Under the pieces are notes generated by a model, which saw only the letters and a program-made list of their open reading frames with translations, was not told where the DNA came from and did not search any database. Positions 62,367 through 64,000 of a stretch of DNA of 64,000 bases are shown here, piece after piece. The stretch is from NCBI GenBank assembly GCA_030447905.1, contig JAUJNZ010000001.1, positions 305,466 to 369,465 of the forward strand, read 5' to 3'. The position numbers and the translations under genes were made by a program. Every line of letters starts with the position of its first letter. Within the stretch, counting starts at the first letter, position 1. This DNA comes from Thermoleophilaceae bacterium. GTDB taxonomy: Bacteria; Actinomycetota; Thermoleophilia; Solirubrobacterales; Thermoleophilaceae.

Positions 62367-63218
62367 TTGGCGATGACGACCACCGGCGACGCAGACCCGA
62401 CGGGCTTCGAGGTGCCGCTGCCCGGCGGCGGTCGCCTCGCGGGTCAGATCGCCGGCGCGGGCGCGACGATCCTCCTCCTCCACGGGGTGACCGCCACCCG
62501 CCACAACGTCGTCCAGGGCTCGCGGCATCTCGAGCGCCACGGCCACCGCGTCGTCGCCTACGACGCCCGGGGCCACGGGGATTCGTCGCCGGCGCCGAGC
62601 CCCGAGGCCTACGAGTACCGCGACCTCGTCGGCGATCTCGAGCGACTGCTCGACGACCTCGAGCTCGAGCGGGTCGTGCTCGCCGGCAGCTCGATGGGCG
62701 CGGCGACCGCCCTCGCCTTCGCCCTAGAGCATCCGGAGCGTGTCGACGCGCTCGTGCAGGTCACCCCGTCATCGCGCGGCGCACCGAAGGACGACGCCGA
62801 CGAGCTCGCCGCCTGGGACTCGCTCGCGCGCGGGCTGCGCGAGGGCGGCGTCGAGGGCTTCCTGGACGCCTGGGAGCCCCGGGTCGAGGAGCGCTGGCGC
62901 GAGTCGGTCATTAGCGCGACCCGCCAGCGGCTCGAGGCTCACCTCCACCTCGACGCCGTCGCCGACGCGGTCGAGGTCGTGCCCCGGTCGCGGGCCTGGG
63001 ACGGCGGTCTGGATGCTCTCAACACCCTCAACGTCCCGACGCTCGTCGTCGGCAGCCGCGACGACTCGGATCCCGGCCATCCCCTGGAGGTCGCTATGGC
63101 CTACGCGGAGGTGATTCCGCAGGTCGAGCTGGCGGTCGAGGAGGAGGGCGAGTCGCCGCTTGCCTGGCAGGGCGCGCGGCTGTCGCGAACGATCGCCGAG
63201 TTCCTCGGGGTCCGCTGA
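62367..63218 (+). CDS. Alpha/beta-fold hydrolase
   Basis: LLLHGVTATRH, nucleophile elbow LAGSSMGAAT, C-terminal His region. TTG 62367 or ATG 62373. Confidence 0.8.
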   Translation: MAMTTTGDADPTGFEVPLPGGGRLAGQIAGAGATILLLHGVTATRHNVVQGSRHLERHGHRVVAYDARGHGDSSPAPSPEAYEYRDLVGDLERLLDDLELERVVLAGSSMGAATALAFALEHPERVDALVQVTPSSRGAPKDDADELAAWDSLARGLREGGVEGFLDAWEPRVEERWRESVISATRQRLEAHLHLDAVADAVEVVPRSRAWDGGLDALNTLNVPTLVVGSRDDSDPGHPLEVAMAYAEVIPQVELAVEEEGESPLAWQGARLSRTIAEFLGVR

Positions 63219-63292
63219 GCGTTGGAGCTCTGCCTTCGGGTACCCCAGCTCATCGGCTCGCAGACCGCGCCGAAGCTCGCTGGATCGGGGTC

Positions 63293-63985
63293 TCAGGACG
63301 CGTCGCCGGCGCCCTCGTAGAGGACGCTTCCGAGGCGTACGATCGTCGCACCCTCGGCGACCGCGATCTCGAAGTCCTGCGTCGTGCCCATCGAGAGCCG
63401 CGCCAGGCCGTGCTCGGCCGCGAGCTCGGCGAGGTGGGCGAAGTGGCGGCGGCTGTCCTCGGGGCGCTCGGCGGCCGGCGGCATGGTCATCAAACCGGTC
63501 ACCGGCACCGGCGCGCCGGCGAGGAAGTCGGGGAGGTTGCCGGGGGCGATCCCCGCCTTGCCTTCTTCGTCGGCGACGTTGACCTCCACGAGCACCTCGG
63601 GCACCGGATCGTCGGCGAGCCGGCGCAGCGCCGATTCCGAGGCCACCGAGTGGATCAGCCTGACCGCTCCGGCCAGGTCGCGGACCTTGCGGCTCTGAAG
63701 CGCGCCGATGAAGTCCCAGGCAAAGAGGCCCGCGTGCTCGCTGCGCTTGGCCCACAGATCCTGGGCGCGGTTCTCCCCCACGACCTCGATGCCCGCCTCC
63801 GCCAGTGCGGGCAGCTCGGCCGCGGCGACGTACTTGATCGCCGCGCAGACCTCGACCTCCCGCGGATCGGCCCCCGCCGACGCAATTCGGTCCCGTACGC
63901 GGGCGAGGTTCTCGGCGATCCGCTCGGCGCGCAGACCGGTCAAGCCGGGTCGCGTACCCGAGGTAGGGCTCACGGATCTCTCCAC
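63293..63985 (-). CDS. yggS: YggS/YlmE-family pyridoxal-phosphate homeostasis protein
   Basis: VEVCAAIKYV (PLP Lys), IGALQSRKV, LSMGTTQDFEIAVAEGATIVRLGS. Confidence 0.9.
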   Translation of the reverse strand: MERSVSPTSGTRPGLTGLRAERIAENLARVRDRIASAGADPREVEVCAAIKYVAAAELPALAEAGIEVVGENRAQDLWAKRSEHAGLFAWDFIGALQSRKVRDLAGAVRLIHSVASESALRRLADDPVPEVLVEVNVADEEGKAGIAPGNLPDFLAGAPVPVTGLMTMPPAAERPEDSRRHFAHLAELAAEHGLARLSMGTTQDFEIAVAEGATIVRLGSVLYEGAGDAS

Positions 63986-64000
63986 ACGATCCCGCCCTGA

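Overview
Very GC-rich, gene-dense chromosomal core segment. I call 65 protein genes (57 on the minus strand) and one tRNA-Asn. There is no rRNA, CRISPR array, transposase or prophage. Gene order matches Actinomycetota core synteny: dgt-dnaG-tRNA-Asn; xerD-nudix-pyrG-recN-nadK-tlyA; efp-nusB-xseB...ispA-dxs; rpsB-tsf-pyrH-frr-uppS-cdsA...dxr-rseP...ispG; yggS-sepF-proC-yggT-lspA. A deep-branching Thermoleophilia/Rubrobacteria-like lineage is only my guess.

Most long ORFs in the six-frame track are Arg/Ala/Gly/Pro-rich shadow frames. Many real genes start at internal ATG/GTG codons, often in 4-nt GTGA/ATGA start-stop overlaps with the upstream gene.

The main candidate for a novel system is a TetR-gated, translationally coupled seven-gene operon (34002-42790). 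It joins nickel-pincer cofactor biosynthesis (larB, larC, larE) and an oversized LarA homologue to lipid-type enzymes: a fatty acyl reductase-HAD fusion, a Zn alcohol dehydrogenase and an HX4D acyltransferase. An alkyl-DHAP-synthase-like flavoenzyme, pgsA and cdsA lie nearby.

Other points of interest:
- hpnCDE squalene genes inserted into the xseB-ispA-dxs operon
- an RsiG-like single-motif coiled-coil protein next to FHA and MerR genes
- a membrane protein with a sigma region-4 domain fused to an RskA-like domain
- a class F sortase with an Excalibur-domain substrate
- a fused MNT-HEPN protein
- probable non-canonical initiation at CTG for hpnE and ATA for frr
- an M28 peptidase and a coiled-coil ORF that share one frame across a single TGA
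- several structured leaders

All functional calls rest on motif recognition by eye. No searches were run.
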